A stretch of DNA of 64,000 nucleotides from an uncultured cyanobacterium (GCA_963706595.1 OY970166.1:4064001-4128000); one strand, 5' to 3'. Shown: positions 10,721 to 20,731, counted from the stretch's first letter. Program-made: numbers and translations. The notes: a model not told the origin generated them from the letters alone.

Positions 10721-11287
10721 ATGTTAAAGTTTAATCCTCCACCAGAACCACCAGATTTTGATGCCAAAGCACGGCAGCTAGGTAATAATTGGTTAGTCAA
10801 AAATACAGATTCTAAAAAAAGACCAAGAGATTATTGGTCAAAATTTAAAATAGATTTAGCCGATGGTTTTGGTAGTCTTTGTGGTTATAGTGCCATGTTT
10901 GAACCTGTTGGCACTGTAGACCATTACCTCTGTTGTCAAAATCATCGGCATTTGGCTTACGAATGGAGTAATTATCGTTTTGCTTCTGCTTGGATAAATA
11001 GTAGCAAAGGCACTGTTGATGATCAAGTGCTTGACCCATTTCTGGTCGAGGATGATTGGTTTGAAATTTTGTTACCTTCCCTCCAGTTAGTCCTAACTGA
11101 TGCAATTCCACCACAGGAAAGGTCAAGAGCCGAATTCACTCTGCAACGACTGCATCTGCGGGATGATGAGCGAGTCATCCGTCAACGTCAACAATGGTAT
11201 CAGCTTTATCTTAATGGTGAAATTACTCTCACAGGATTAGAAGGGAAAGCTCCTCTCATTGCGCGTGCAATTAGAAAACAGCAGTAA
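10721..11287 (+). CDS. HNH-type endonuclease (PtuB-like)
   Basis: CGYS...GTVDHY...LAYEWSNYRFA...N..KG pattern; ATG 10721 lies 5 nt after the ATPase stop. Confidence 0.75.
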   Translation: MLKFNPPPEPPDFDAKARQLGNNWLVKNTDSKKRPRDYWSKFKIDLADGFGSLCGYSAMFEPVGTVDHYLCCQNHRHLAYEWSNYRFASAWINSSKGTVDDQVLDPFLVEDDWFEILLPSLQLVLTDAIPPQERSRAEFTLQRLHLRDDERVIRQRQQWYQLYLNGEITLTGLEGKAPLIARAIRKQQ

Positions 11288-11354
11288 TCGCTTCCAAATT
11301 AGAAGATCATTTTATTTCTATTACTCTATCTTGGACAACCATTTTATCAAAATC

Positions 11355-12161
11355 CTAATCACATCTAGATAAATCAGGCATGATTGTGTCCTGAAGATTA
11401 GCACCGTTGAGGTTAGCACCTTGGAGTTTAGCACCCCTCAAATTAGCTCTTTGGAGATTAGCCCCAGCCAAATTTGCTCCTGTAAGGTTACTCCAAGTTA
11501 AGTTAGCACCACTCAAGTTAGCTTCAGTAAAATTAGCTCGGAATAAATATGCACTACTAAGGTGAGCTTGGTGCAAATTCGCTTTGTAAAAGTCAGCTTT
11601 ATAAAGATAAGCTCCGTTTAATTGCACTTCGTACAAATTGGCTTCACTTAAGTCAGCATTAATTAAGTTGGCTTCAATCAAATTGGCAAAACCAAGATTA
11701 GCCCTGATTAACTTCGCTGTACCTAAATCAGCATCTCTCAAGTTCGCGTCTCTTAAGTCAGTTCCAATTAGGTTAGCTTCAACGATAATCGCGCCTTGAA
11801 GATTTGCTTCACTCAAGTCAGCGCCAATGAGATGGGCGTAACTCAAATTTGCTTGGGTAAGTGTCGCACCACTCAAGTTAGCCACACTCAAATTTGCTTC
11901 GCTCAAATTAGTTTCTATTAACTTGGCTTGGTGCAGGTTTGCGCCACTCAGGTCAGCGTTACTAAGGTTAGCTCGCACCAGTAAAGCATGACTTAAATCG
12001 ACTTTGTTTAAATTGACCCCTTGGAGGTTTGCGCCTCTGAGGTTGTCTCCTCTGAGGTTCGCGGCGCTGATATCTAGTTTCATTTGGGGATTTTGCTGTC
12101 TCCACTCCATCCATTGGACTGCACCTGCTTTGAGTAAAGCTAGATGCTCTCGATTTGCCAT
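11355..12161 (-). CDS. Pentapeptide repeat protein
   Basis: Continuous A(N/D)LxX repeats; GGAG RBS before ATG 12161. Confidence 0.95.
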   Translation of the reverse strand: MANREHLALLKAGAVQWMEWRQQNPQMKLDISAANLRGDNLRGANLQGVNLNKVDLSHALLVRANLSNADLSGANLHQAKLIETNLSEANLSVANLSGATLTQANLSYAHLIGADLSEANLQGAIIVEANLIGTDLRDANLRDADLGTAKLIRANLGFANLIEANLINADLSEANLYEVQLNGAYLYKADFYKANLHQAHLSSAYLFRANFTEANLSGANLTWSNLTGANLAGANLQRANLRGAKLQGANLNGANLQDTIMPDLSRCD

Positions 12162-12171
12162 GTTTTCTCCT

Positions 12172-12813
12172 TTACTCCTGTCCCCCACCCTGGGGATTTA
12201 TTCGACCTGCTACATTTTCAATGGCTGTTAATGCTCCGGCTGCACCTGCGAGAATATCTTGCTCGGCTCCACCTAAGTAAAGCCGTCCAAAACTTCCTAC
12301 AGCTTGCACTTCTAGGATATTAATCGCTGCGGCTTTCTCGGCTTCGTTCGCAGCTAGTGCGGCGTAAGCAGCCGGTTGAACTTCTAATACATATAGGGTT
12401 TCTCCGGCTAGAATTAGCTGTCCTCTGCGTGTGCGATTAATGAGTTGGGTTTGGTAAGCATCTATGTTGCGGATAATTTGGTTAGAAACTACACGGGGTT
12501 TTAGTCCGTCTTCTTTTTCGACTCCTAGTGCTGCTAAAATCGCTTGACCAGCAGCTCGCGTTTCTCCTTGAGAGCTAGAATGAATTTCTAATAATCCGTA
12601 TAGTCGTTCAACTATTTGCACTCCTGGACGCACAGAGGCTGATTTAAGTGCTATGTCTGTAATGCGATTAATTTCAATACCCGGAGAGATTTCAATCCAC
12701 AGTGATGTATCTCCGGGTAATGGCAGGAAACCTTGGGATACTGTTCCCATATAAGCTGCGTGTTGAGGTTGCAGGTTGTCGAGAAATACAAAACTGCGTA
12801 ATTCTATTCCCAA
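12172..12813 (-). CDS. ccmP: Carboxysome shell protein CcmP (tandem BMC domain)
   Basis: [47 protein letters not shown]. Confidence 0.92.
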   Translation of the reverse strand: MGIELRSFVFLDNLQPQHAAYMGTVSQGFLPLPGDTSLWIEISPGIEINRITDIALKSASVRPGVQIVERLYGLLEIHSSSQGETRAAGQAILAALGVEKEDGLKPRVVSNQIIRNIDAYQTQLINRTRRGQLILAGETLYVLEVQPAAYAALAANEAEKAAAINILEVQAVGSFGRLYLGGAEQDILAGAAGALTAIENVAGRINPQGGGQE

Positions 12814-12902
12814 GGTGATGCTCTCCAGTCATGAGGATAAAAGTAGTCTATTGCAATGTATGAGTTTAACCTTAAATTACCATAAGGCTAGGTACTGTTT
12901 TC

Positions 12903-13538
12903 TTACCCATGACTGTGGTCAAGTGTTTGAATTTCTGTTTGGAGATTGGAACGAGCAGATTGTTCGGCAATCTCGAACATCAAGGGCGTATGATAAATAC
13001 GCTGCTGTCGCAAAAAATGCGCTAAAACTTGTTGACGACCTGTAATATATTCGCATTCTGACAACCATGCATATTCTTGGCGAATAGCATGGGCGTATTC
13101 TTGATACTCTTCTGGGTTAGTTGCCAAAATAGCCAAATCTGCATCGAGTAAGACTTGGCTATCATAGTCATCTGTCGCAGCTTGGTGATTTTTGGTGTTG
13201 AGAATGAGACGGGTAACAGTAGCTATAGTCTTTGTGGGAATGCTTAAATTACTGAGCAATTCACCAGCATAGTCAGCGCTTCTTTGTTCGTTATCTTGAG
13301 CTTGAGTATTATATATTACATCATGAAGCCACGCCGCTAGTTGCACAGCAGGGAGGTCTTGAGCGTAGGCTTGTAAAGTGTCAATTGTGCGGAGGACGTG
13401 ATTAATATGTTTGAGTGTGTGGTAGTGGCGATCGCTTGTAGAATAAGCTTTAACTAAATCAGTAAAGCTTTGCTCAGATGCTACTCGGTCAACTCTCAAG
13501 TTTTGCAGTGTCTGCTGCCAATAACCAAATAATCCCAT
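12903..13538 (-). CDS. HD-superfamily metal-dependent phosphohydrolase
   Basis: RHYHTLKH, AAWLHDVIY, NEQRSA, LLDADLAIL, IRQEYAW. Confidence 0.85.
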   Translation of the reverse strand: MGLFGYWQQTLQNLRVDRVASEQSFTDLVKAYSTSDRHYHTLKHINHVLRTIDTLQAYAQDLPAVQLAAWLHDVIYNTQAQDNEQRSADYAGELLSNLSIPTKTIATVTRLILNTKNHQAATDDYDSQVLLDADLAILATNPEEYQEYAHAIRQEYAWLSECEYITGRQQVLAHFLRQQRIYHTPLMFEIAEQSARSNLQTEIQTLDHSHG

Positions 13539-13568
13539 TGCTCACTTTTAGATAAATATTTGTTCATG

Positions 13569-14549
13569 TTAAATCTGTGGTGATTGGAGTGTTGTTAGCA
13601 GTAGCAGTGACCACGGTACTTTTATATCTGGGATGAGGGATGAGTATTTTCTCAGTGCGGGTAAGGCTGCTGGGATCAGAAATTTTAGGGAGCGTAGGGA
13701 TGCTGGAATATTACCTTCTTGATCTACAATTCCATATTGTTGGGCTAGTTCGGCGACAATCTGCACTTTTCCTGTGCGGCGCATGACATTTGGATCACCA
13801 GTCAGTGCTGCAATTACTCGCCCTGTGAATAAGGGAGTTTCCCAATTATAACGCTCGGCAAATACTGAGTTTTGTCCGTCAGTAATGTTTTCTGCTGCCA
13901 TGTCATCTGCTAAACGGGAGATTTGCTCAGTACCCACGATTCCCGGCCACAGGGACACAGAAGCCACGTTATGAGGCTTGAGTTCTACGGACATATCAGC
14001 CGCTAATCGGTCACAGGCGGCTTTACCAGCACCGTAGGCGGCACTGAAAATTCGGGACATCCCACCCCATGAGGAAATGGTACAAATTAATCCCTGTTGA
14101 CGTTTGAGCATAATTCTGGCAGCATAAATACTGGCAACGTAATGGCTACGCAAACCAACGTTGTTAGTTGCATCCCAAAGGCTGGGTTCACACTCCCAAA
14201 AAGTCTTTTTTTGATTTTCTCTTAAGGCTTGGACTCCTGAGAAGACATTATTAACTAATAAATCTAGTTGTCCATTTTGCTCGTCTTCGATACGTTCAAA
14301 GAGCGATCGCACTTGTTCATCGTTGCTATGATCTACCTGGACGGGAATACATATACCACCGGCTTCTTCAACTGCGGCTTGGGTATCAGTGAGATTTCCT
14401 GACATTTCAGCACTCGGATCAGAATTATCTAGGGTACGTCCGGTAATATACACAGTTGCACCTGCTGCACCCAGACCAATGGCAATTCCTTTGCCAATAC
14501 CCCGCGTAGCACCTGTGACTAAAGTTACTTTTCCTTTAAGGTTTTGCAT
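13569..14549 (-). CDS. Short-chain dehydrogenase/reductase (DHRS1-like)
   Basis: TGATRGIGKG Rossmann motif, LLVNN, catalytic YGAGK. Confidence 0.92.
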   Translation of the reverse strand: MQNLKGKVTLVTGATRGIGKGIAIGLGAAGATVYITGRTLDNSDPSAEMSGNLTDTQAAVEEAGGICIPVQVDHSNDEQVRSLFERIEDEQNGQLDLLVNNVFSGVQALRENQKKTFWECEPSLWDATNNVGLRSHYVASIYAARIMLKRQQGLICTISSWGGMSRIFSAAYGAGKAACDRLAADMSVELKPHNVASVSLWPGIVGTEQISRLADDMAAENITDGQNSVFAERYNWETPLFTGRVIAALTGDPNVMRRTGKVQIVAELAQQYGIVDQEGNIPASLRSLKFLIPAALPALRKYSSLIPDIKVPWSLLLLTTLQSPQI

Positions 14550-16020
14550 CTAATATTTTATACTCAAGTTCATGAATAGCGATCGCTTCATCTTTACCTC
14601 TTAATTTTACGAATTTATCGACTAATCGCAGTGAAAATAATTCTGGTTCAGATAAACTTAAAATTACTGAATCAGTTACCAAAATTCCACAGTGATGGTA
14701 TTTAGTTATACTCTCAACCCGTGAGGCGATATTTACTGCGTCACCGACTACTGTAGAGTCAATGCGACAAGTAAATCCTACCGTACCCATGACCACCTCA
14801 CCACGATGAATGCCAATCCCGATGGCAATTTTTGGTAAACCGTGTTGCGATCGCGCATAATTAAACTGATCAAGAGACTGTTGCATTAAAATTGCGGCTT
14901 TAAGTGCGCCATCAGTGGCTTGATCATCAAACAGCGCCATGATCGCATCACCTATATATTTATCAATAAAGCCACCAGATTCATCAATGGCTTTTCCCAT
15001 ACAAGCTAAATAGTCATTTAAAAACAAAAAAATTTCCATTGGTGTCATAGTTTCTGACATGGAAGTATAATCGCGAATATCACAGAATAAAATTGTCATT
15101 TTCCGCGTCGCAGCCATACCTACTTGAATGTTTTCTATTCCTTGGGGAGCAATGACTGAAACAAATTTATCTGGGACAAATTTCTCAAATGATTCTAATG
15201 TCTTCTGCAATTTACTAAATGATATCTGCAATGCACGTGACATTTCATTGACGGAAATTGCTAATGCACTAATTTCATCTACACGATGATAAATATCGGC
15301 GCGATGTTGCAAATCTCCATTGGCAATTTTAGCAACGCTCATCTGTAACCGCCGCACTGGATAACTCAATTGATTCGCTAAAATGTATGCAAATACTAAA
15401 CCAAAGTTCAGTCCTACAAAACCTACCATCAAAGCTTGGTTAACTGCGTTACTAATAGCAATATCTACCCTTCTTAAAGATATACCTATGCGTAAAGTAC
15501 CGAGCTTTTGTTGACTTAATCCCAAAATATTTGAAGCCACTTCAATCACGCGTTCACCACGTTTAGCTCGTAGCTTTTCTCCAAAGTAAATATCTCTGAG
15601 CAGAAATGTTTCTGATACACGAGTCCGATTCTTAGAAGATGAACTTAGGGCATGATTGGTGACACTTAAAGGTACTAAATCAGGAATATATTGATCTAGA
15701 AATTCTTGAGGAGAACCTGCAACGATTTGATTACCTAAACGGGTATCCGATACAAAAACATAGACAACATCTTTATTTTCTTGCATCAAAAGATGTAAGT
15801 TTATGCGAATTTGACTCCAATTTTCTTCCGATAATTCGTTAGAATATGTAGAACTTAAAACTTTAGAGGTAATTTTAGCATCATTTAACTTTTCTTGCCG
15901 GTAGAGAGTGCTGTCAGTTTTTGCCCAAACCGTAACTATAGCTGTAATCAAACCCAGAATCAGCAAGGTAGTTGAAGTCATAATCTGGGTGCGAATAGAA
16001 CGAAAAGTTAAGATTTTCAT
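14536..16020 (-). CDS. Membrane-bound class III adenylate/guanylate cyclase with periplasmic sensor and HAMP domain
   Basis: Two TM helices flanking an extracytoplasmic region, HAMP (PVRRL...DEISALA..VNEM), catalytic ILFCDIRDYT, DKYIGDAIMA, GDAVNIASRVE; ATG 16020 overlaps the upstream TGA. Confidence 0.92.
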   Translation of the reverse strand: MKILTFRSIRTQIMTSTTLLILGLITAIVTVWAKTDSTLYRQEKLNDAKITSKVLSSTYSNELSEENWSQIRINLHLLMQENKDVVYVFVSDTRLGNQIVAGSPQEFLDQYIPDLVPLSVTNHALSSSSKNRTRVSETFLLRDIYFGEKLRAKRGERVIEVASNILGLSQQKLGTLRIGISLRRVDIAISNAVNQALMVGFVGLNFGLVFAYILANQLSYPVRRLQMSVAKIANGDLQHRADIYHRVDEISALAISVNEMSRALQISFSKLQKTLESFEKFVPDKFVSVIAPQGIENIQVGMAATRKMTILFCDIRDYTSMSETMTPMEIFLFLNDYLACMGKAIDESGGFIDKYIGDAIMALFDDQATDGALKAAILMQQSLDQFNYARSQHGLPKIAIGIGIHRGEVVMGTVGFTCRIDSTVVGDAVNIASRVESITKYHHCGILVTDSVILSLSEPELFSLRLVDKFVKLRGKDEAIAIHELEYKILDAKP

Positions 16021-17084
16021 AATTGTGGAGTTAACTCTTCGACAAAAGTCACCCATCGCTGCTTCTTAGTTCTGCTCGGACAATCATCACCAAAGGCCAA
16101 AGTCACTGGACCCCCCATTTGCGCGGTAATTAATTGTTTTTCTTCACCCCACCTAGTAGCTAAGATAATATCACATTTGAGTATATCCTCTGTTACTAAT
16201 TCGATGGGTTCAGCATTTCTGCGGTAAACTGCTGCTTTACCACGCACGACAACAGAACTAAGAGTATTTAATTGGACTCCAGCTAAGGAGAGAACATCTC
16301 GTAGTCTCACACCGTGTAATTTCACTTGACCACTCGGCCACCACACCCGATAACCAACATTTTGCGTCAAGCTAACTTGGGGTAATTGATCTAAATCTGC
16401 TAAATTGAGTTCACTGTCCCCTATACTCACTTTGGCTGTTTCTGTGCCAAAAATGACATGAGTCACATAAAATGCCCACATCCCCTCATCATAGTTTTTT
16501 CTAATTTCTGGATACTGGGTATAGGGAAAAATTAAATAAATCGGTCCACCTTGCTCACGCGGAATTGGTTGACCATCCTTGGCAACTGCTAAAATAATTG
16601 GGTACTTGAGTAAATCTTTGATGTTGATAGTTACTTGATAGGCATCATAGCAGACAAAAGTTATTTCCGTGATTTCTCCTTGAGCCGCAAAATTTTTTAT
16701 GAGTGAATTTACAGATATACCTGTAAATTTAAAGACTTTTTTGGGATTGACAATGTTATTGCCATCAACTGTATTAATATTGACTGTAGCTAAATCCTGC
16801 AACTGTGACCAATCTAATGTTTCCGTTTTTCCTGTTGCTGTCTGACCTTGTATAACTAAATTCCATTGCTGCTGCTGGTTATTTTGAGCTTTTTCTGTCA
16901 CAATTTCAGCATTGCGATCGCTTGCTTCTTTACGCCATACTTCCAGTTGTGCATCTGTCGGCTTTTCTGTACAACCTCCCAAACAGACCATAGCTATCCC
17001 CAAAGATATTAAAGCCAAGTTTTTCCAGACATTCCATACAACCACGTTCACAACTATTACTGGAGACAGTTGACATAATGGCAC
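16017..17084 (-). CDS. Lipoprotein with two molybdopterin-oxidoreductase-like (sulfite-oxidase/PruR-like) domains
   Basis: Lipobox-like CLGGC; FTGISV...YDAY...IILAVAKDGQPIPREQGGPIYLIFPY; second degenerate copy LHGVRLRDVL...IILATRWG...MGGPVTLAF; start codon uncertain. Confidence 0.7.
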   Translation of the reverse strand: MPLCQLSPVIVVNVVVWNVWKNLALISLGIAMVCLGGCTEKPTDAQLEVWRKEASDRNAEIVTEKAQNNQQQQWNLVIQGQTATGKTETLDWSQLQDLATVNINTVDGNNIVNPKKVFKFTGISVNSLIKNFAAQGEITEITFVCYDAYQVTINIKDLLKYPIILAVAKDGQPIPREQGGPIYLIFPYTQYPEIRKNYDEGMWAFYVTHVIFGTETAKVSIGDSELNLADLDQLPQVSLTQNVGYRVWWPSGQVKLHGVRLRDVLSLAGVQLNTLSSVVVRGKAAVYRRNAEPIELVTEDILKCDIILATRWGEEKQLITAQMGGPVTLAFGDDCPSRTKKQRWVTFVEELTPQL

Positions 17085-17137
17085 TAACTACGTTATTAGA
17101 AGCACCGTATTAAAGTTTACACCATGATTCTACAAAA

Positions 17138-17250
17138 TGGGGAGTGGGGGAAAGAGGCAGGGGAGCAGGGCGCAGGGAGCAGGGGGGAGAAGACGGTAAC
17201 TTCCAAATGACTAATGACTAATGACTAATAACTAATGACTAATAACTAAT
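17138..17250 (+). repeat. Composite STRR module, copy 1
   Basis: TGGGGAG and GCAGGG(G)A repeats, core GAAGACGGTAACTTCC, then (AATGACT)n; related copies at 42484-42735 and 59205-59310. Confidence 0.8.
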
Positions 17251-17253
17251 TTT

Positions 17254-20226
17254 ATGGTATTACAAGTACAAACCAGCACCTACGAAGCTAAAACTCAAGA
17301 AATTGCCAAACAGCTGCTCTCAGCAACCCAAGAAAATCGTTCATTTTTAGGTTCCTTGCGTGATCAGATGCGCTGGGATGATAAATTATTAGCTTGGGCG
17401 ATGAGTAATCCTGGTTTACGGGTGCAATTATTTCGGTTCATCGACACATTACCCGCTTTACAAAATAAACCAGAAATTGCCGCACATTTACAAGAATATT
17501 TAGGAGAAGAGTCTGTAGAGTTACCCTCAGCTTTAAAGGGAATGCTCAACTTTGCCCAACCTGATTCTATGCCGGGACAGGTGGCGGCGACAACCGTTTC
17601 TACAGCCGTGGAAACTTTGGCACATAAATATATTTCTGGGGAAAATATTAAACAAGTCATTAAAACGGTTGAAAGACTGCGAAAAGATAAAATGGCTTTC
17701 ACCATTGACTTACTTGGTGAAGCAGTAATTACTGAAACTGAGGCGCAGTCTTATCTAGAACGTTATCTGGAATTAATGCAGCAATTGGTGGAAGCATCAA
17801 AAAATTGGTCTGTAATTCCAGCTATTGATCAAGCAGATGGTGAATCAATACCACAAGTTCAGGTTTCTGTCAAGCTAACGGCGTTTTATTCCCAATTTGA
17901 CCCTTTAGATGCTCAGGGTAGTGAAGAGAAAGTTAGCGATCGCATCCGCACTCTTTTACGTCGGGCGAAAGAATTAGGCGCATCTGTGCATTTTGACATG
18001 GAACAGTACGCTTACAAAGATTTAACTCTGAATATTCTGCAAAAGCTACTCCTAGAAGATGAATTTCGCCAACGTACAGATATTGGCGTGACAATCCAAG
18101 CATATCTGCGTGATAGCGAAGAGGATGCTAAAAACCTGATTTCTTGGTTACAACAGCGCGGTTATCCTCTCACAGTCCGGTTGGTGAAAGGTGCATATTG
18201 GGATCAGGAAACCATTAAAGCGGAACAAAAGCACTGGAAACAGCCAGTTTATAACGATAAAGCGGCTACAGATGCCAATTTTGAAGTTATTACTCAGCTA
18301 TTGTTAGAAAATCACCAATATGTGTATGCTGCTATTGGTAGTCATAATGTGCGATCGCAAGCTCGTGCAATTGCTATAGCCCAAAGTTTAAATGTCCCTC
18401 GTCGTCACTTTGAAATGCAAGTGTTGTATGGGATGGGGGATAAGTTGGCGAAAGCTTTGGTAGACAAGGGTTATCGAGTTCGGGTTTATTGTCCTTATGG
18501 TGAGTTGTTACCGGGGATGGCTTATCTAATTCGGCGGTTGTTAGAAAATACCGCTAATAGTTCCTTTTTACGGCAAAATCTAGAAAATCGACCAATTGAG
18601 GAATTACTCGCGCCACCAATTCCAGCCTCCCCCTCGCTTGCGGGGGGGAATGAGGGGGGGTTCCTCGGTGTGGCGGATACAGATTATTCCGAAGAGGAAG
18701 CAACAATGAAGTCTGCTGAAGCTTTTAAATTGGTTCGTCAACAATTGGGTAGGACTTATTTACCTTTGGTGAATGGGGAGTATGTGAATACTGCGGAGTT
18801 TGTTGATTCTCTCAATCCTTCTAATTTTAGTGAGGTGGTTGGTAAGGTTGGTTTGCTGAGTGTGGAACAGGCGGAAGAGGCGATGCGGGCGGCTAAGGCG
18901 GCTTTTCCTGCTTGGAAGAAAACGCCTGTGAAGCAACGCGCTGGGGTTCTGCGGAAGGCGGCTGATTTGATGTCAGCACGTCGGGCGGAACTTGCGGCTT
19001 GGATTGTTTTGGAGGTGGGGAAACCTGTTAAGGAAGCAGATGGGGAGGTTTCTGAGGCGATAGATTTTTGTCTGTATTATGCTGAGGAAATGGAACGGCT
19101 GGATGCAGGTGTAATCTATGACGTAGCTGGGGAAACGAATCGTTATATTTACCAAGCGAGAGGAATTGCTGTGGTGATTTCTCCTTGGAATTTTCCGTTA
19201 GCGATCGCCTGCGGAATGACAGTCGCAGCTTTGGTTGCAGGTAATTGTACTTTACTCAAACCTGCGGAAACGTCCTCTGTAATTACTGCAAAACTCACAG
19301 AAATTTTAATTGAGGCGGGAATACCTAAAGGTGTATTTCAATACGTCCCCGGCAAGGGTTCCGAAGTTGGGGCTTACTTGGTAAATCATGCAGATACTCA
19401 CATTATTGCTTTTACTGGTTCTCAGGAAGTCGGTTGTCGCATTTACGCCGAAGCCGCAACGCTGAAACCTGGACAAAAGCATCTGAAGCGGGTAATTGCG
19501 GAAATGGGTGGGAAAAATGCGATTATTGTCGATGAAAGTGCAGATTTAGACCAAGCTGTAGTGGGAGTTGTACAATCAGCCTTTGGTTACAGTGGGCAAA
19601 AATGTTCTGCCTGTTCGCGGGTAATTGTGCTGTCACCGGTATATGATGCTTTTGTGCGGCGGTTAGTAGAGGCGACAAAATCTTTAAATATTGGCGCAGC
19701 TGAGTTACCGAGTACCCAAGTTGGTCCAGTGATTGATGCTAAGGCACGCGATCGCATCCTAGAATATATTGAGAAGGGTAAAACCGAAGCACAAGTAGCG
19801 CTGGAATTAACAGCACCAGCACAGGGGTATTATATCGGTCCAGTGATATTTAGTGAAGTTCCAGCCGATGCTACAATTGCCCAGCAAGAAATATTTGGTC
19901 CAGTGTTAGCTGTAACCAGAGTCAAAGATTTTGCAGAAGCTTTAGCAGTAGCTAATGGGACTAACTATGCTTTAACTGGGGGGCTTTATTCTAGAACGCC
20001 TTCCCACATTCAACAAGCACAGACGGATTTTGAAGTCGGGAATGTGTATATTAACCGCAATATTACAGGTGCGATTGTGGCTAGACAACCTTTTGGCGGT
20101 TTTAAGCTTTCTGGTGTGGGTTCTAAAGCTGGAGGTCCTGATTATCTGTTGCAATTCTTAGAACCTCGGACGGTTACGGAAAATATTCAACGCCAAGGTT
20201 TTGCACCTATTGAAGGCGCGGAATAA
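17254..20226 (+). CDS. putA: Bifunctional proline dehydrogenase / P5C dehydrogenase
   Basis: VRLVKGAYWD, YLIRRLLENTAN, aldehyde-dehydrogenase motifs ISPWNFP, EMGGKN, GQKCSAC, EIFGPV. Confidence 0.96.
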   Translation: MVLQVQTSTYEAKTQEIAKQLLSATQENRSFLGSLRDQMRWDDKLLAWAMSNPGLRVQLFRFIDTLPALQNKPEIAAHLQEYLGEESVELPSALKGMLNFAQPDSMPGQVAATTVSTAVETLAHKYISGENIKQVIKTVERLRKDKMAFTIDLLGEAVITETEAQSYLERYLELMQQLVEASKNWSVIPAIDQADGESIPQVQVSVKLTAFYSQFDPLDAQGSEEKVSDRIRTLLRRAKELGASVHFDMEQYAYKDLTLNILQKLLLEDEFRQRTDIGVTIQAYLRDSEEDAKNLISWLQQRGYPLTVRLVKGAYWDQETIKAEQKHWKQPVYNDKAATDANFEVITQLLLENHQYVYAAIGSHNVRSQARAIAIAQSLNVPRRHFEMQVLYGMGDKLAKALVDKGYRVRVYCPYGELLPGMAYLIRRLLENTANSSFLRQNLENRPIEELLAPPIPASPSLAGGNEGGFLGVADTDYSEEEATMKSAEAFKLVRQQLGRTYLPLVNGEYVNTAEFVDSLNPSNFSEVVGKVGLLSVEQAEEAMRAAKAAFPAWKKTPVKQRAGVLRKAADLMSARRAELAAWIVLEVGKPVKEADGEVSEAIDFCLYYAEEMERLDAGVIYDVAGETNRYIYQARGIAVVISPWNFPLAIACGMTVAALVAGNCTLLKPAETSSVITAKLTEILIEAGIPKGVFQYVPGKGSEVGAYLVNHADTHIIAFTGSQEVGCRIYAEAATLKPGQKHLKRVIAEMGGKNAIIVDESADLDQAVVGVVQSAFGYSGQKCSACSRVIVLSPVYDAFVRRLVEATKSLNIGAAELPSTQVGPVIDAKARDRILEYIEKGKTEAQVALELTAPAQGYYIGPVIFSEVPADATIAQQEIFGPVLAVTRVKDFAEALAVANGTNYALTGGLYSRTPSHIQQAQTDFEVGNVYINRNITGAIVARQPFGGFKLSGVGSKAGGPDYLLQFLEPRTVTENIQRQGFAPIEGAE

Positions 20227-20234
20227 TTCTTTTT

Positions 20235-20350
20235 AACGAACCGCCAAGTACGCCAAGTACGCCAAGGGAAGAAAGAAAAGGAAGTATTAGCAACAACTCT
20301 CTAAATTTCTCTTTCCTTTGTGTTCTTTGTGTCCTTTGCGGTTCGTTTCC
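20235..20350. repeat. Inverted 9-mer repeat element between convergent genes
   Basis: AACGAACCGCCAAGTACGCCAAGTACGCCAAG ... CTTTGCGGTTCGTT; a related half copy lies near 53775-53808. Confidence 0.55.
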
Positions 20351-20731
20351 TCAAAATTTCAAACTCGAAGCTGCAAAAGCTAACGTACCCCAACCTAGCA
20401 GAAAGGCTACACCACCTAAAGGCGTAATTGCACCCAAGTATTTCACACCAGTTAAACTTAGGGCGTACAAGCTACCTGAAAAAATCGCAATACCAACGAT
20501 AAATAACCAGCCAGTAGCTATTAATATTGGTTGAGGCGATGTTGTGCGACTAATTAATAAAGCTACTAGCAAAAGTGCCAAAGCGTGGTACATTTGATAA
20601 CGTGCGCCTGTATCGAAAATTTCAAGCGATCGCTCACTAATCTTTTCTTTCAACGCATGAGCAGCAAACGCACCTGCGGCTACTGATAAACCGCCTAAAA
20701 TGGCAGCTATGCTGACAAATATTTGTGCCAT
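20351..20731 (-). CDS. DUF423 (YgdD/TMEM256-like) membrane protein
   Basis: GAFAAHALK, ARYQMYHALA, FSGSLY, ITPLGG. Confidence 0.9.
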   Translation of the reverse strand: MAQIFVSIAAILGGLSVAAGAFAAHALKEKISERSLEIFDTGARYQMYHALALLLVALLISRTTSPQPILIATGWLFIVGIAIFSGSLYALSLTGVKYLGAITPLGGVAFLLGWGTLAFAASSLKF

